This document shows positions 1-12,400 of a stretch of DNA of 64,000 nucleotides, piece by piece. Source of the DNA: Catajapyx aquilonaris (lineage: Eukaryota). Below the pieces are notes generated by a model that did not search any database, was not told the DNA's origin, and was given only the letters and a program-made list of their open reading frames with translations. The stretch covers positions 1 through 64,000 of the forward strand of contig KZ538083.1 in NCBI GenBank assembly GCA_000934665.2, read 5' to 3'. A program made the position numbers and the translations under genes. The first letter of the stretch is position 1. The number at the start of each line of letters is the position of its first letter.

Positions 1-156
1 GTACTTAGGCGACATAACGTGGTATCACGTGGTTGTGGTAGGATTAGTAAACGTACTGATTGTAAATTGCACAAAGGAGTGCCCTACATTGCGCCGGTAA
101 CATGAAACCGGAGACCCTAATGTAATAAATATTGTAAATAATGCAATAAATAAATA

Positions 157-472
157 TAATTCTGTGATACTAAGGAAAATTGCAAGTAACTCGAAAACCA
201 CACTTTACCAGCACATGTCAATTTTGTCCATATGTGAGGCCTCATATTACATAACAATTTCGGTGTAATAAATTTTTAAAGTACTTTCATGATAAGATAG
301 TGATTTTCAAAATTCCTATTGCTACTCACCTAATTCTGTGAATATCCACTTAATTCTGTGATAGTACCGTATATCCCCAATTATGTGATACTGGTCTTTT
401 CCCAATAAAAACAACCGTAACATGTCAAAAAACCCATGTATTTGCCACTGTGTTACAATAATTATGTGAAAC
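157..472. repeat. Dispersed 11-12 bp direct repeats (AATT[C/A]TGTGA[T/A]A), probable subterminal repeats of the pogo element
   Basis: Motif recurs at ~157, 331, 351, 379 and 460, just beyond the transposase stop (495). The element terminus itself is not resolved. Confidence 0.45.
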
Positions 473-494
473 AATGAAAATCAAAATGTTGTTA

Positions 495-3120
495 CTAATC
501 TGAATCTGAGGAACTACTTATACGCATGAAGATATCATCATCATTTTGATCATAAATCCCCTGACAGTGCTCATGATAGTTATGTAAACAAAAACAACAA
601 GTGATCCACTTTAGTCCGTTACGTGCACAGGCATCCTCATTGTAACTGGGTCATTCCATGTCAATACAGACAAGTTGGTGGCTCGACCATCTCAGAATTT
701 GATATAAAAAATCATGTGCATACACACACATGAGCTGTTGCTAAAAACGAAATTTGAGCCACCCAGGTGAAAATCCCACGGAGATATGGCAACATCTTTC
801 GGCAACAATGGAGCCGAGCTGGCAATTTATTTAAGGTAGAGTTCTTGTTGTAACCCCATGATCATATATATCAAATGAACCGGAATGAAATGAGAAATAT
901 TGTGATGGCAACAGTTTTAACCTAGAACGCAAAATAAAAATTCTAAAAAATTCGCATTATTGTGCAAAAATGGCACATTTCCAATGGCCCAATGTCACTG
1001 TTAAACACATGCTAGGAGTGTCAAATTAATATGGTAGATACATTGTCATGTGGTCCTTACTACTGTATAAGGAAAACAATACAGGTCAAGCAGTCTTGGA
1101 AATAATAAATCCTGAAATTCCATTTTTCTGTAAGGTGGTCATCTTTGAGGTCATTTTTCTCAATAGAGGACTGGACCGATTTTAAAGTTACATGTCTTAA
1201 AAGAAGCATCTTTCCATGCTTGACCCCAGGGATATACGAACTACTCTGCCCCCTGAGCGGTTCACCGGCAGAACATTTACAAATCCTCCTATAACCTACA
1301 CTATGTTATTTGGCGCTGTATTTAATGTGTTGCGGGTGAACCGCTCCGGGGGCAGAGTAGTTCTTATATCCCTGGGGTCAAGCATGGAAAGACTCTTCTT
1401 TTAAGACATGTAACTTTAAAATCGGTCCAGTCCTCTATTGAGAAAAATGACCTCAAAGATGACCCAATCATGTGAAAGTGGGATTTATTATTATTTCCAA
1501 TACTGTTTGACTTGAGATGTTGTTCTTCTACAGTAGTAGTGACCAGATGACCCCGTACCTACCATATGAATTTCACACTCTTAGCTTATGTTTAACAATG
1601 AGGAGCATACGAAATCCCAGTATAATCTGTGTTATTTTGAGCTGTATTTAAAAATTTGCTGCGGGTGAACCGCTCAGGGAGCACGAACCATTCTTATATC
1701 GATATGTCAATCATACAACGACGCTTCATTTAAGTCTTGTAACTTTAAAATCGCCCCAGTCCTCTATTGAGAAAAATGACCTCAAAGATGACCACCTTAC
1801 AGAAAAATGGAATTTCAGGATTTATTATTTCCAAGACTGCTTGACCTGTATTGTTTTCCTTATACAGTAGTAAGGACCACATGACAATGTATCTACCATA
1901 TTAATTTCACACTCCTAGCATGTGTTTAACAGTGACATTGGGCCATCGGAAATGTGCCATTTTTGCACAATAATGCGAATTTTTTAGAATTTTTATTTTG
2001 CGTTCTAGGTTAAAACTGTTGCCATCACAATATTCCTCATTTCATTCCGGTTCATTTGATATATATGATCATGGGGTTACAACAAGAACTCTACCTTAAA
2101 TAAATTGTCAGCTCGGCTCCATTGTTGCCGAAAGATGTTGCCATATCTCCGTGGGATTTTCACCTGGGTGTCTCAAATTTCGTTTTTAGCAACAGCCCAT
2201 GTGTGTGTATGCACATGATTTTTTATATCAAATTCTGAGATGGTCGAGCCTCCAACTTGTCTGTATTGACATGGAATGACCCAACTGCCATGGCAAGTTC
2301 CACACACCCAGTCATCATCGGTCACCGAGGAGTTTTGGGACTGAGATACCCCAGACACACTTGGTTGCTGGTCAGAGTCCGGAATGGTCTTCTTGGTTGG
2401 TCGACCTCTCCTACGTGTGCTTGTTGGCTTTGATGATTCTTGAGGAAGCACCAAGACCTCGGCCACTGCTGCTTGTATGCCTAATGCTTCACATATGCCT
2501 ACATTGCTGTGGACAGTTGTATTTGAGGATAAAGAATAAGATGCTGGGAGAGTTCCAGGTGAGACTGAGGGTGTATGCTCTCCAGGATCTTCTAAATTTG
2601 TACGTGAGGATTGAGGTGACATGAGGGCTTCATCAGGGATTGCATTTCTGTCAAGGGGGAAGATGCCAGTCGCAAAAAACCCTGACTGAACATTAGCAGG
2701 TGAGAAGGCTCTTTCAAGGGCTGGCCGGAACAGCATATGGAAATCAGTCCGCGTTGGTTTTTCATTGACATGACTCACCTTGTATTCATTAAGCTCTTGT
2801 CTCCAAAAACTCTTTAGAGGCTTGTAAACCGAGACATCAAGGGGTTGAAGGAGATGGCTAGTGTGCAGTGGAATGGTGCACAGGATCACCTTGTTATCTG
2901 CAGCGAACTCAAGAGCGGCAGGACTTAGGTGACTTCCGTGAGAATCCATCAGAAGAATAACGGGCCTCCTTGGGGGTATAGGTAGCACAAAATGTTCCAG
3001 CCAACGAAGAAATATGTGCTTGTTTATCCAACCATTGTCGGATAAAGCAATCATGGTATTTGGAAATGCGCCATTATCAAGGCCTTCCACCATCCTCTTC
3101 CCCTTATAGTTACTCATTTC
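495..3120 (-). mobile_element. pogo/Tigger-like DDE_1 transposase remnant with C-terminal PHD finger; 5'-truncated and interrupted
   Basis: ORF 2173-3147 has DDE_1 motifs (SDNGWIN, LLMDSHGSH, PLHTSHLLQPLDVSVYKPLK). Removing 648-2282 plus one AACT copy joins CGTCHG in frame to SYNEDACARNGLKWITCCFCLHNYHEHCQG..., stop at 495-497. No N-terminal HTH domains are present. Confidence 0.88.
648..2282. mobile_element. Non-autonomous long-TIR (foldback) DNA transposon, Sola2-like
   Basis: Near-identical ~545-bp TIRs (648-1192 vs 1738-2282), termini GGGTCATTCCATGTCAA...TTGACATGGAATGACCC, 4-bp TSD AACT (644-647 and 2283-2286), no transposase. GRG termini, 4-bp TSD and long TIRs fit Sola2; the superfamily call is inferred. 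Confidence 0.85.
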
Positions 3121-3348
3121 ATACAGTCTCGACTTATTAAAAAGCATTCATTGTCAAATGTACTCTTGGCTTATATTCATACACTTTTGTTTACCATGTG
3201 CTGATATAATACAAATTTTTCAAATAGCATACAACTCTCTACAGCCCAATACACATATGGTCATTACAAGCAGATAACATTTACAGAGAATATAAGACAC
3301 TCTTGAGAGGGTGGAAATAAGAACAAGTTGCAAATCATCCTGAAGTAA

Positions 3349-6300
3349 TTAAAACTTTCCTCCTAGCACACATTTCCTTAGCCTCTGGGCCTCTTCCACC
3401 ATGTCACCTTCTTCCCGCCACTTAACTTCTCCTTTATCATGATCTGCCAGTTCTTTGTAAATGTCATTATTTTCTTCAAAGTCACCAGGACGTCTGGGAA
3501 TGACATGAACATGCAGATGCTGAAACAAAAATTTCCGTCATTCACAAGTAGGCCTACTCATTGCTTATTGATTTTGATTAGAAACATAGATTAAATCAGG
3601 CAACTCATGAGCAGCAGCAGTTCATCCCACATAATCTATCATTTATTATTATTGTTATTATTATTATGCACCATAAATTGTAAAAAATGTGGTGGAAATA
3701 CCAGTAACATTTTCTAGATTCAGCAACATAAGAGTGCTAGAATTAACCTTCATTTTATTTATTTATACTTATTCAACCAAGTAAGTAACTTAAACAAATT
3801 ATAATGGCATCTGCAGCATTAGAGACTGAACATTATTTTCAAGCAGTGTGAGACAAATTTTGAACCTTAATAGTCTGGCCAGCATCGGGACCATCTTGAA
3901 GAGTCACAGTGGAAGAAGACGCAGTGTAGTGAGCCTCAATCATGCTCTGTACTCTTTGAACCAAGTCAAACAAATCATGAACCTCATTAGAATTCAGGTC
4001 ACTTAACCGGAGGACACGACGTTTGGGAGCAACCAGTACATCTGAATATCATGTTAAGTGCCATATTTCTATGATCACATGGTTACGAACAAAAAGCATG
4101 GTAAAGTGACATCTTTCACCTAGAACTTTATCTTAGGTAACATTTTTATGGAACCCAACTTACCAAAGTATGAAGCTTTTCGTCAAGCAAATGGGAGCAG
4201 GTGCACATTCAACAAAATATATTCCCATAGCACCCTTCCCAGTTGAAGCAGTGTCTCAATACATTATCCACTTGCTAAAAGACACTAGGTCTGTACCCAA
4301 CACTCACTAAATCTCAAATACCACCATCGACAGCACAAAAGGATACGCCCCGGAAGTACGCATCTTTTATTGACAAATGCATAGCTATGCACTGTGTGTA
4401 GAAACACCATCTTTCCTTTCACTTGCACTTGACCAAATGGAAAAACCTCCTCGTCTGAAGGGTAACCTTCATTTTTAGGCATTTTCAGTACTGTCAGGCT
4501 GTACAAATCGTTCCTTCGATGCTGCCAACATGGCATTTCCTCCCTAATTTTCCTGATGTATGACAAGTTGACCTCAGCAGTGGCCAACCCAGTGCCTTCA
4601 CTACACTCTGCCACAACAGCACCCCATGGGTCCACTATCTGTACAGAAGAAAAAGTACTGCAATGAAATCCTAGCATAACATTACAATGACAACTTGAGT
4701 TTGGTTGCATTACTTGTACCCCATTTTCTTACACCCACTTGGGCACAACTGCTTACACCGGTTAAATTTTTTTCCAGCCTATGCACCCACAAGACATTTT
4801 GATCTGAAGCAGATAGACCAAGAAATATACAATACCAAGGCATGTCCAAATGATGATCGCTTCGGATTGTGCACTCCAGTCTGAGCAGCTGAAACAACAT
4901 AGCACTGGTTTTCTATAGCCCTGGCTCTCATCAGTGGTTCCCAGTGGGCAAGTCCAGTGTTCACCGTAAATGCAGATGGATAAGTCAGAATTTCAGCACC
5001 CATCTCAGCTAGTAGTCGGCTCATTTCTGGAAATCGCAAGTCGTAGCACTTGGGTCAGTTAAGGAAATGACCAGTAAAGGAAATAGTGCTAAAATCATAA
5101 GCTCATGGCCCCGACAAGGGCTGCTGAGATATTCCTGAGGGTTGCAATAAGGTCTCATAGGGAAAATTGACCTGCATTTTTAAAAACTACAGCAAGATCT
5201 TAATGCATTTTTAGTTACAAGATTTGCCACCAAAAGAACTTGAGAAAGAGCAACAATAACGCTGACCTGGTTAAAAAGGCCCTACAACTACAGATGTTTA
5301 AGTACCGTACCACTCCTCAGTGCTACTACTTCCCTTTCTTCAATATTATAAAACTTGTAAAGGATACTATTCCAAGCCCAATTTTTCCAGCTGGACTTTG
5401 GACTGGTGGGACTAACTCTTCTCCTTTCACTACAAAGCTGGATTCCATCAACTTGATCTTCCTGTCAGGAATGTCAACATCATAAAGGTGAGTCTTGCGA
5501 TAAATTCCAGCTATTTCTCCCTCGCTACTAATGACAATGTGAGCGTTTTGGACACGTTCACCACTGTACTGCAACAGAACACTAGCATTATGACATGAGA
5601 AAAACTCAGTTATAAATGCATACACACCTTTTCATGAAATCCGCCAAGCGAAAGCCACATTTTGTGTGTCTTGGCTAAGTCTCTATACCTACCAATAAGT
5701 GGCCCATCAAGAGGTTCAGCCAGAGAGAGGGTTTCTTTCCTGCTCTCACCAAGGAAGTCAAATCCCTCTGGTAGGAAAGTCACCTAGTTCACAAATTACA
5801 ATGTCATTACACTGTGTCCTGATTTCAAATACAATTGTACATTGGAAAAGGACAACACAAGAAGTCGTCTAATATGTTGCAATTTAGAGTGACAAAATAT
5901 AGAGCCATTCCTGTAGTACAAAGATATTGTATCAATGAATGTTTTCCCCTCTGTCTCTGAAAATGATGGTCAATTATTGAGTCCAATCATAAATTTGGCA
6001 TGAGACGAATGACCCTTCTGTGCATCTCAGCTGGCCATACCTGTCACTGTAGTTCTGTGCAATCACAACTTGTTGCAGGTCAGTTGATTAATTCCCATAA
6101 CAAGTTGATACGCTAGTATTTTTCGCTTGGAGTAAGTTTAGGATTTTGCATTTTTTAATCCCATTCTTGGGTCCTGGGTCCTTTTTAGGGGAGTGGATTA
6201 CCACTATTTGTTGGAACCTGTATTTGTGTTAGTTGTTCCAAGGGCAAGTAGGAGGCAAAGTGCAAGTGCAATGTCGCATATTGGTCATTTTGTGAACTCC

Positions 6301-6821
6301 CCGGGTGGATTAGTCTAGCGGAAATTTCCATCCAAGACGAAGCCAGAGATGGCCCAACTCTGCACGAGATGAAGGGGGGAACCCCGGGCTGGGATCGAAC
6401 CCGGGACCTTAACATCCGTGGGCGCATGGGTTACCGCAGCACCACTCCGCCTCCCCTAGATTCCAATATTAAATTGTCTTGAATCCCACCTATCATTAGA
6501 TTAATGTGTCTGACGCCTACACTTCCATCAACCTGACTTTCCTTACCACTGCTCCTCGCGCCTTGGCTTCCGCCGTCAACTGCGAGCAAACCTGGAAGTT
6601 CTTCTCCTTATCATTGGTGGCCGTCATCTGCGCCACAGCCACAAGCGCCTTATCCCTCACGTCACTGCTCATTCTCCTCACACCCAAACGGCACCTATGC
6701 GCTCCAGAGCCAAACGTCCAGGCCAATGTCCTGCAACAATTATATCATAATTATTAATTAATCGCTTCTGAACCCCCAGCAAATATCCCCACCTTGTCCA
6801 TAAGGCCGCCACACCAACCAT
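3349..6821 (-). CDS. NitFhit: NitFhit fusion (Nit1 deaminated-glutathione amidase + Fhit dinucleoside triphosphate hydrolase), 8 exons
   Basis: Exons 6821-6793, 6730-6547, 5783-5628, 5568-5368, 5048-4836, 4638-4347, 4041-3866, 3519-3349. Nitrilase triad FLPEG / YRKTHL / ICYDLRFPE, then RAIENQCYV, and the HIT motif [14 protein letters not shown]. Confidence 0.95.
4042..4346 (-). other. U12-type (minor spliceosome) GT-AG intron in the Fhit domain
   Basis: Donor GTATCCTTTT; branch-like GCACTTAAC about 10 nt before the AG; splicing restores VLPG-H-VLVAPKR. Confidence 0.85.
5049..5367 (-). other. U12-type (minor spliceosome) GT-AG intron in the Nit domain
   Basis: Donor GTATCCTTT; consensus branch TTTCCTTAAC close to the AG with no polypyrimidine tract; splicing restores IGLGI-CYDLRF. 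Confidence 0.92.
6258..6456 (-). mobile_element. tRNA-derived SINE in NitFhit intron 2
   Basis: Minus strand GGGGAGGCGGAGTGGTGCTGCGGTAA (A box) ... GGTTCGATCCC (B box), followed by a non-tRNA body and a short TTGCAC-repeat tail. Confidence 0.65.
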
Positions 6822-7177
6822 GGACTTCTCTTATCTCAATTAATTACCAAACAGACGACCTTTGCCCTCAGTACATCAGAAGCACGATCAGGAAATATCT
6901 GAAAATTAAAAGACGTTCAATTGTCAATATCCGGTCGACAGTGGTGCCAACTGCCACTACTGGCAACATGTAAACGGCGCGTTTGATTTAAATTAATATT
7001 CTCAAGTAATATCAGTTGGATTAGGCATAATTTTGGCAACATCCTAGTTTTTGTGATTAAATTAGTGAGTATTTGTGACGTCACGGAGAGAGGGACGGAC
7101 GAACAGAATCATTCGGTGGAGAGCAGAACAGGTCAGGAGGTCACCGCGTTTGGAACACTTGTGATTACCTGAATAAG

Positions 7178-8865
7178 ATGAACTGGGTCGGGGGTGCCCT
7201 TGCCCGAGTGCAGAGGAACGTGGGGGATGCGACGGCCCGTAGGCAGAAGGAGTACTTCGAGGTCCAAGGGGAGAGGCTGAGGAGGCAGAGGGAGCAGCAT
7301 GAGCAGCTGGAGAGGACGACGGGGTGCAGCGCCAGGCAGAAGGCCAGGGAGTTCCAGGAGGCCATCCAGAGCGCGGAGGGACCCAGCCAGGATCTCATCG
7401 ACCTGCAGTTCAGCCACAAGCTCAGCTCGTATGTCTTTCAAGGAAGTACGTATGGGAGGGGTCATTTGTACAGTACAGTACACAGCACCAAGGAGACCAG
7501 CAGATGATGCTGACATCCCAACAGATTCTGTTAGTACCAAACAAAATAACCAGTACCATATCAACAATGGCAGTAAAACAATGTAACCATAGAGTCAGTT
7601 TTTGGAATGGGATTGGTTTCCTTGGTGCCGCAGTTGGATTACTAAAATAGAAAACTCGTGTTCATGTGATTCATAGGCAAGTCGTCAACAGAAGTACGCA
7701 GCTCCTCACATGAGCATGTCATCCAGCAGCCTTCCCGCAAGCTCCGGAGATATCACCGCAAACCATTTCATCGCCAGCAACAGGGCCTTTCCACTCCAGC
7801 TGTGTCACCACTTCGTCAGCAAGATGCACTTTCAGCCGGAGCTCCTGCATCCGGCAGAGTCTCGCACAAGTCATTTCAGCCTGGCGTTCCAAAGAATCTC
7901 AGCACTCCAAAGAGCTTACCTATCCCTCCATGGGAGAAGCCACAGGCAATGGGACCAAATCCTCCATACATGCAACATGGAGACATTCCACGACCAGTGC
8001 AAAGGGCATCTCATCTGCCACACACAGCAGTGCCCAAAGACAGGATACAATTTCCATCTAGCATGACATTCGTTCGCACCCAGGCAGAAGAAGATTACAA
8101 GGAATTCTTTGGCAGCAAAGAGGCAGATGGGAATGTCAATTTCCCAACACCAATAAAGCATGTCAAAATGTCTTCTGAAGAAGAGAGTTCTGATGAGACA
8201 GCTGATAATGAGATGGAAGAGATAACACTGGCCAAGTTGAAGGAATGCGCAGATGCCTACAGTGAGGTATTGGTAAATTTTATTCTACACTATGGCTCTC
8301 TTCAGTTTTTCATTGAAAAAAATGGTAATTGTGTAATAAAATGACAGTATTTTTGAACATGATTCATGGTGGCAGATTAGAGTAGCGTAAGATTACAGTG
8401 AGCAAAGATAATTTTCTTTGAAGAAATTCTAGGAATTAGAGGAGCATGAAACTTAATGCTTTTACTATACTATCCTATATCATGCACAAGATCATCTGGA
8501 ATGTGTATTCTAGCTGTAGAAGTGAACGAGCATTCTGGTAGGCCTAAATCACAAAGTCGATGTATATATAAATATAACAATTTTTTCAGTTGATGACTCT
8601 TCAGGAGACTGACAATGAAGACGATGAAGCCTACGTGAATGGTGCCGGGAGTGGAAACCATGAAGGAAGCAGCAACAGGGAGTGTAACCACGAAGAAGCT
8701 AAGGAGAATGAAGATGGGAAAGCGACTGGAAAGGAAGCAGCAGCTGGGGAGGAAGAGGAGGAGAAGGACACTCTTGGAGAGCTTTCAGCCAGCGATGCCA
8801 TGATTGTGATGTCAGATGAAGAACGGTGGCAAAAGGACACAATGGACACAATAATAATGACATAG
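7178..8865 (+). CDS. REDIC1: REDIC1/C12orf40 (HEIP1-family) meiotic crossover regulator homolog
   Basis: N-terminus MNWVGGALARVQ...RRQKEYFE...SQDLIDL matches the family signature (human MNWVGGSRSRV...RKQKEYFE...SLDILNL, recalled). Phase-compatible exons 7178-7445, 7677-8266, 8590-8865; the remainder is low-complexity/acidic. An extra short exon near 7486-7530 is unresolved. Confidence 0.78.
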
Positions 8866-9471
8866 TTACTGTAGGTGATCACTTATTGAGACGTTGAAGA
8901 GAGAATAGTTTTAAATCTGCTAATTGCATTTCAAATTGGGAACATTTTCTAGGTTCATTGGCAGGTCCTGGTCCTTTTCATACTCATAACCTCAGAGTTA
9001 CTGAGCGTGAGTAACTTACTGTTAAACTGCTGTCTGTTGTCGTTCAGTTGATTTTGCAGGTTCTTAGCTTATTATATTCATCACTTGTGGTAATATAACT
9101 GTGATTAACCTGTGTGTTTTTGTTATTAAACTCCTTAGAGTTCAATGAAAAATTAAATACAGTATTACATTGAGCTTGAGGTACTGTAATCTCATTGTCG
9201 CGAAATAAATTTTCATATTTTAGTTGATGATTATTATTAAAATCTGTCATGAACTTGATTATGGGGATTAACGTACATTAAGTAAATTAAATTTAAATAA
9301 TTCCAAAACTGTTGGAAGAGGCAAAATATCTCCCACAGCAATCCTAATGCCACCTAGTGACGACTCCAGTCACCTCTACTATTCCCAGCAAGTGGCGTCC
9401 TCCTGTGGGCACACCATGAACTACTTTGTCGGCTTTATTTTTTTCTTTCCATTTTTTCGAATCGAACAAAG

Positions 9472-12400
9472 ATGGAGAAGGTGCCCAGCGGACACGCGGT
9501 GATACCCGGCAGCGTGGTGGACGTGATTCCGCCCAAGAGCAAGAAGAAGCAGGTGGTCTTGGGCCCTGGGCTGAGGCAGGCCCAGGAGGAGGTGGTGGCC
9601 ACCAGGTGCGGGGTCTTCATGAGGAATGGCCATCTCTACTGGGTCGACTCACACCAGAAGAGGGTCAGGCCTGTTCATCATTTCACAAGCCTCTCTCACT
9701 GCTACAAATTATTTACCCTGATTCACCTGATTAATTACAGAAAAAAAGGCAGGGTATCTCCAATAATGAAATAACCCATATGTGTTTGGGTATGTAGGTG
9801 CAATGCTTTATTTTCAAGTACACAACAAACACTGGCACAAAAAGTAAGGTTACATACACTGTACTCCCGATTATTCGGGTACGGATTATCCCCCAAAAAA
9901 TAATAGAAAGAGTTTAAAAGAATGCCAACATGTCTTGCAAGAAGACATTAAAAATATGGTCAGTTTTATTATTATGATTGAGCATGATTCAAAGCAGCCC
10001 ACGGTACGTACAGTATAGTTCATTTAAAAACCTCTGAATAGCTCATTTTTACCATTTCTAGGAATATTTTGGGAATATCCAGGGACACTGTGCATTAATT
10101 AGTGTATTTTAACATTGACGCTAACCACCAAGCAATAACAATTAGAAGTTAGTGTAGGACGTGTCTTGAATTTCACCTCCGCATAGGCGGCACAGGCATC
10201 CGTTCAGGTTGGCCGTACAACAAAGGCAGAGGACAAACATAACTGCGAGTGCTGTGTAGGAAAGGGAACATGTCAATTTTTTTGTGGTGAAGAGAAGGGA
10301 AATACGTTTACCTATCATTGCCGGGACAGTAACCATGTTGAAAAAGTCATTTGTCTCCACAATAGGATTGACTGGTGCTTTCAGGCGCTCATCTTCGAAC
10401 TTGGAATAAAATGCAGCTAGAAGTAGAAGTTACATCAGTACATGGGAGCCAATTTTCATGCAGTTGTGACCTGTGACTTACTCGTAGGAGTGCTGGCTGG
10501 GCGTTGGGTGGTAGTAGCATTAGTGTCATTTGAGCTCATGCTGTCAATCTTAAGAGTGGTGTTGGCAGTGACAGTTGTCACAGCCTTTAAGTCTGATGGT
10601 GAAGACATGCTTGGAGCAGCAGGAGGTGGTGTGTTGGTGGTCGCTGGAAAGTTGTCCACACTAGCTGGTGGCCCAGTAGTAGGGGCAGGTGGAGAAGCAG
10701 CTAGAGTCGTAGTTTTTATTATGGAGGACACCGGTGGAGTCGTAGTTTTTATTGTGGTGGACACGGGTGAAGTCTTGGTTGCATCAGGATCAATGAAGAC
10801 TTCTGGGTCGGTCTGATTGTAATCAGCGTATGTGCCATTATCATTGTATACATCAGGATACTCATAGGGAGGAGTTGCTCCTCCACCATAGTAATCTACA
10901 TTAACAAAGACGGCACGATTAGTTACGTATTACTGAGTGCATTCATTGTCATAATGCAGAAAAAATATGAGGCAATATTTTCATAATTATATAACATGGG
11001 CAGGAAAAGATCCAAGTTTAAATTTTTAGCCTAATATTAGAAGGAACCATTGCCTCTAAAAATTACTGTGAAACATAGCAAGGGTAATTCTTGAACAGAT
11101 TTTTACCAAATTCAGAAACACTTTGGCAGTGACGCTAAGGTGAACTTTATTGTTTCCAACAAGCAATTATTGATTTGATCTGCGAGGCTTTTTTGGTGAA
11201 TGATCTACCTTCAGTGGTGCAACCGAGCTTTCATGAAGAATAATAATTTTGCTAATAAGGCATTTTGTTATTCAAGTGTGTAATTGCGGAAACAGGTTTT
11301 TTTTGCCTTGCGTTGTGTGCATGGTAATGACATAGCATGACACAGAAGGGAACTGAATTGTTCAAAACTTATAGTAGCTTCCATTATGAGGGCACAAGAA
11401 CAGTAAAATGATATCTCACCATCTTGACGTTTCCGAATATGATTTTCGCGCTCATGGTCTTTGCTGATGGTAGCTCTCCCTGCTGCTTCGTGTGCCCAAA
11501 AGAAATAGCAAGCTGCTGGAAACACAGACCATAATGAATTACAATATTTCTGACACAAAATATGTCAAGCACTCACTGGCACAAAAGATGAAAGTTGGAA
11601 AATGCTTCATGTTGTCCACCTCATACCCAAAGCTCAAGGAGTATTGCATTAATTTGCATTTCACATGGAATGTGTGGTTTGTGTTCATGACGAAATCTGC
11701 TACCAAGGAACTGTTTCTATTGCTACCTCGTGTGTGTTTTGAAACGGTGGCAACCACTTCTCGTAGGGTGGGCATAAATATTTGATCAGTTCAAAGCCCT
11801 TGCCAACCAATGTGATGTCTTACAGACTTTGCTTTGCTCTTTTTCTAGTATGTTCCTGTCAAAGGAGAGGTGGTCATCGGCATCATTACACAGAAAACTG
11901 GAGATGTTTACCTAGTTGACATAGGTGCCAGCAATCCAGCCACACTCTCTTACCTTTCATTTGAGGGATCAACCAAGAAGAACAGGCCTGACGTTCAGGT
12001 TGGTGACAAATTGATTTATTCAGTTGGCTGATGATTTTATGGCTAAATAACTTGTTGCATATTTCAAATAGAATTTGGATTGAATTTAAATTTTAATGAT
12101 TCCATTATGAGAGATGTAGAAGGTTATGATTACAAGACATACTGTTATAGATTGGAGACTTGGTTTTTGCCTGTCTTTTGGAAGCAAGCAAAGACATGGA
12201 GCCAGAACTGGTGTGCATGAACTCGCTTGGACGAAAAGAAGGCTTTGGACCTCTCACAGATGGATTTATGTTCAACACTTCACTCACCTTGGTCCGAAAG
12301 TGAGTCAGAGACACTGCCTGCCAAAATCAGCTATTTTCAGGGATGGTTACTGACATGTTTATTTTCCCCCCTGCAGACTCTTGTCACCGGAGTGTTTTCT

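Noticed and set aside
157..472. CRISPR-like repeat array (also 38300-38465)
   Set aside because: Eukaryotic context, repeats too short or degenerate, irregular spacing, no cas genes.
1216..1404. 62-aa ORF
   Set aside because: Spans the internal hairpin of the non-autonomous element; no protein features.
10442..10816. Val/Gly-rich plus-strand ORF
   Set aside because: Antisense shadow of the Thr/Pro mucin exon.
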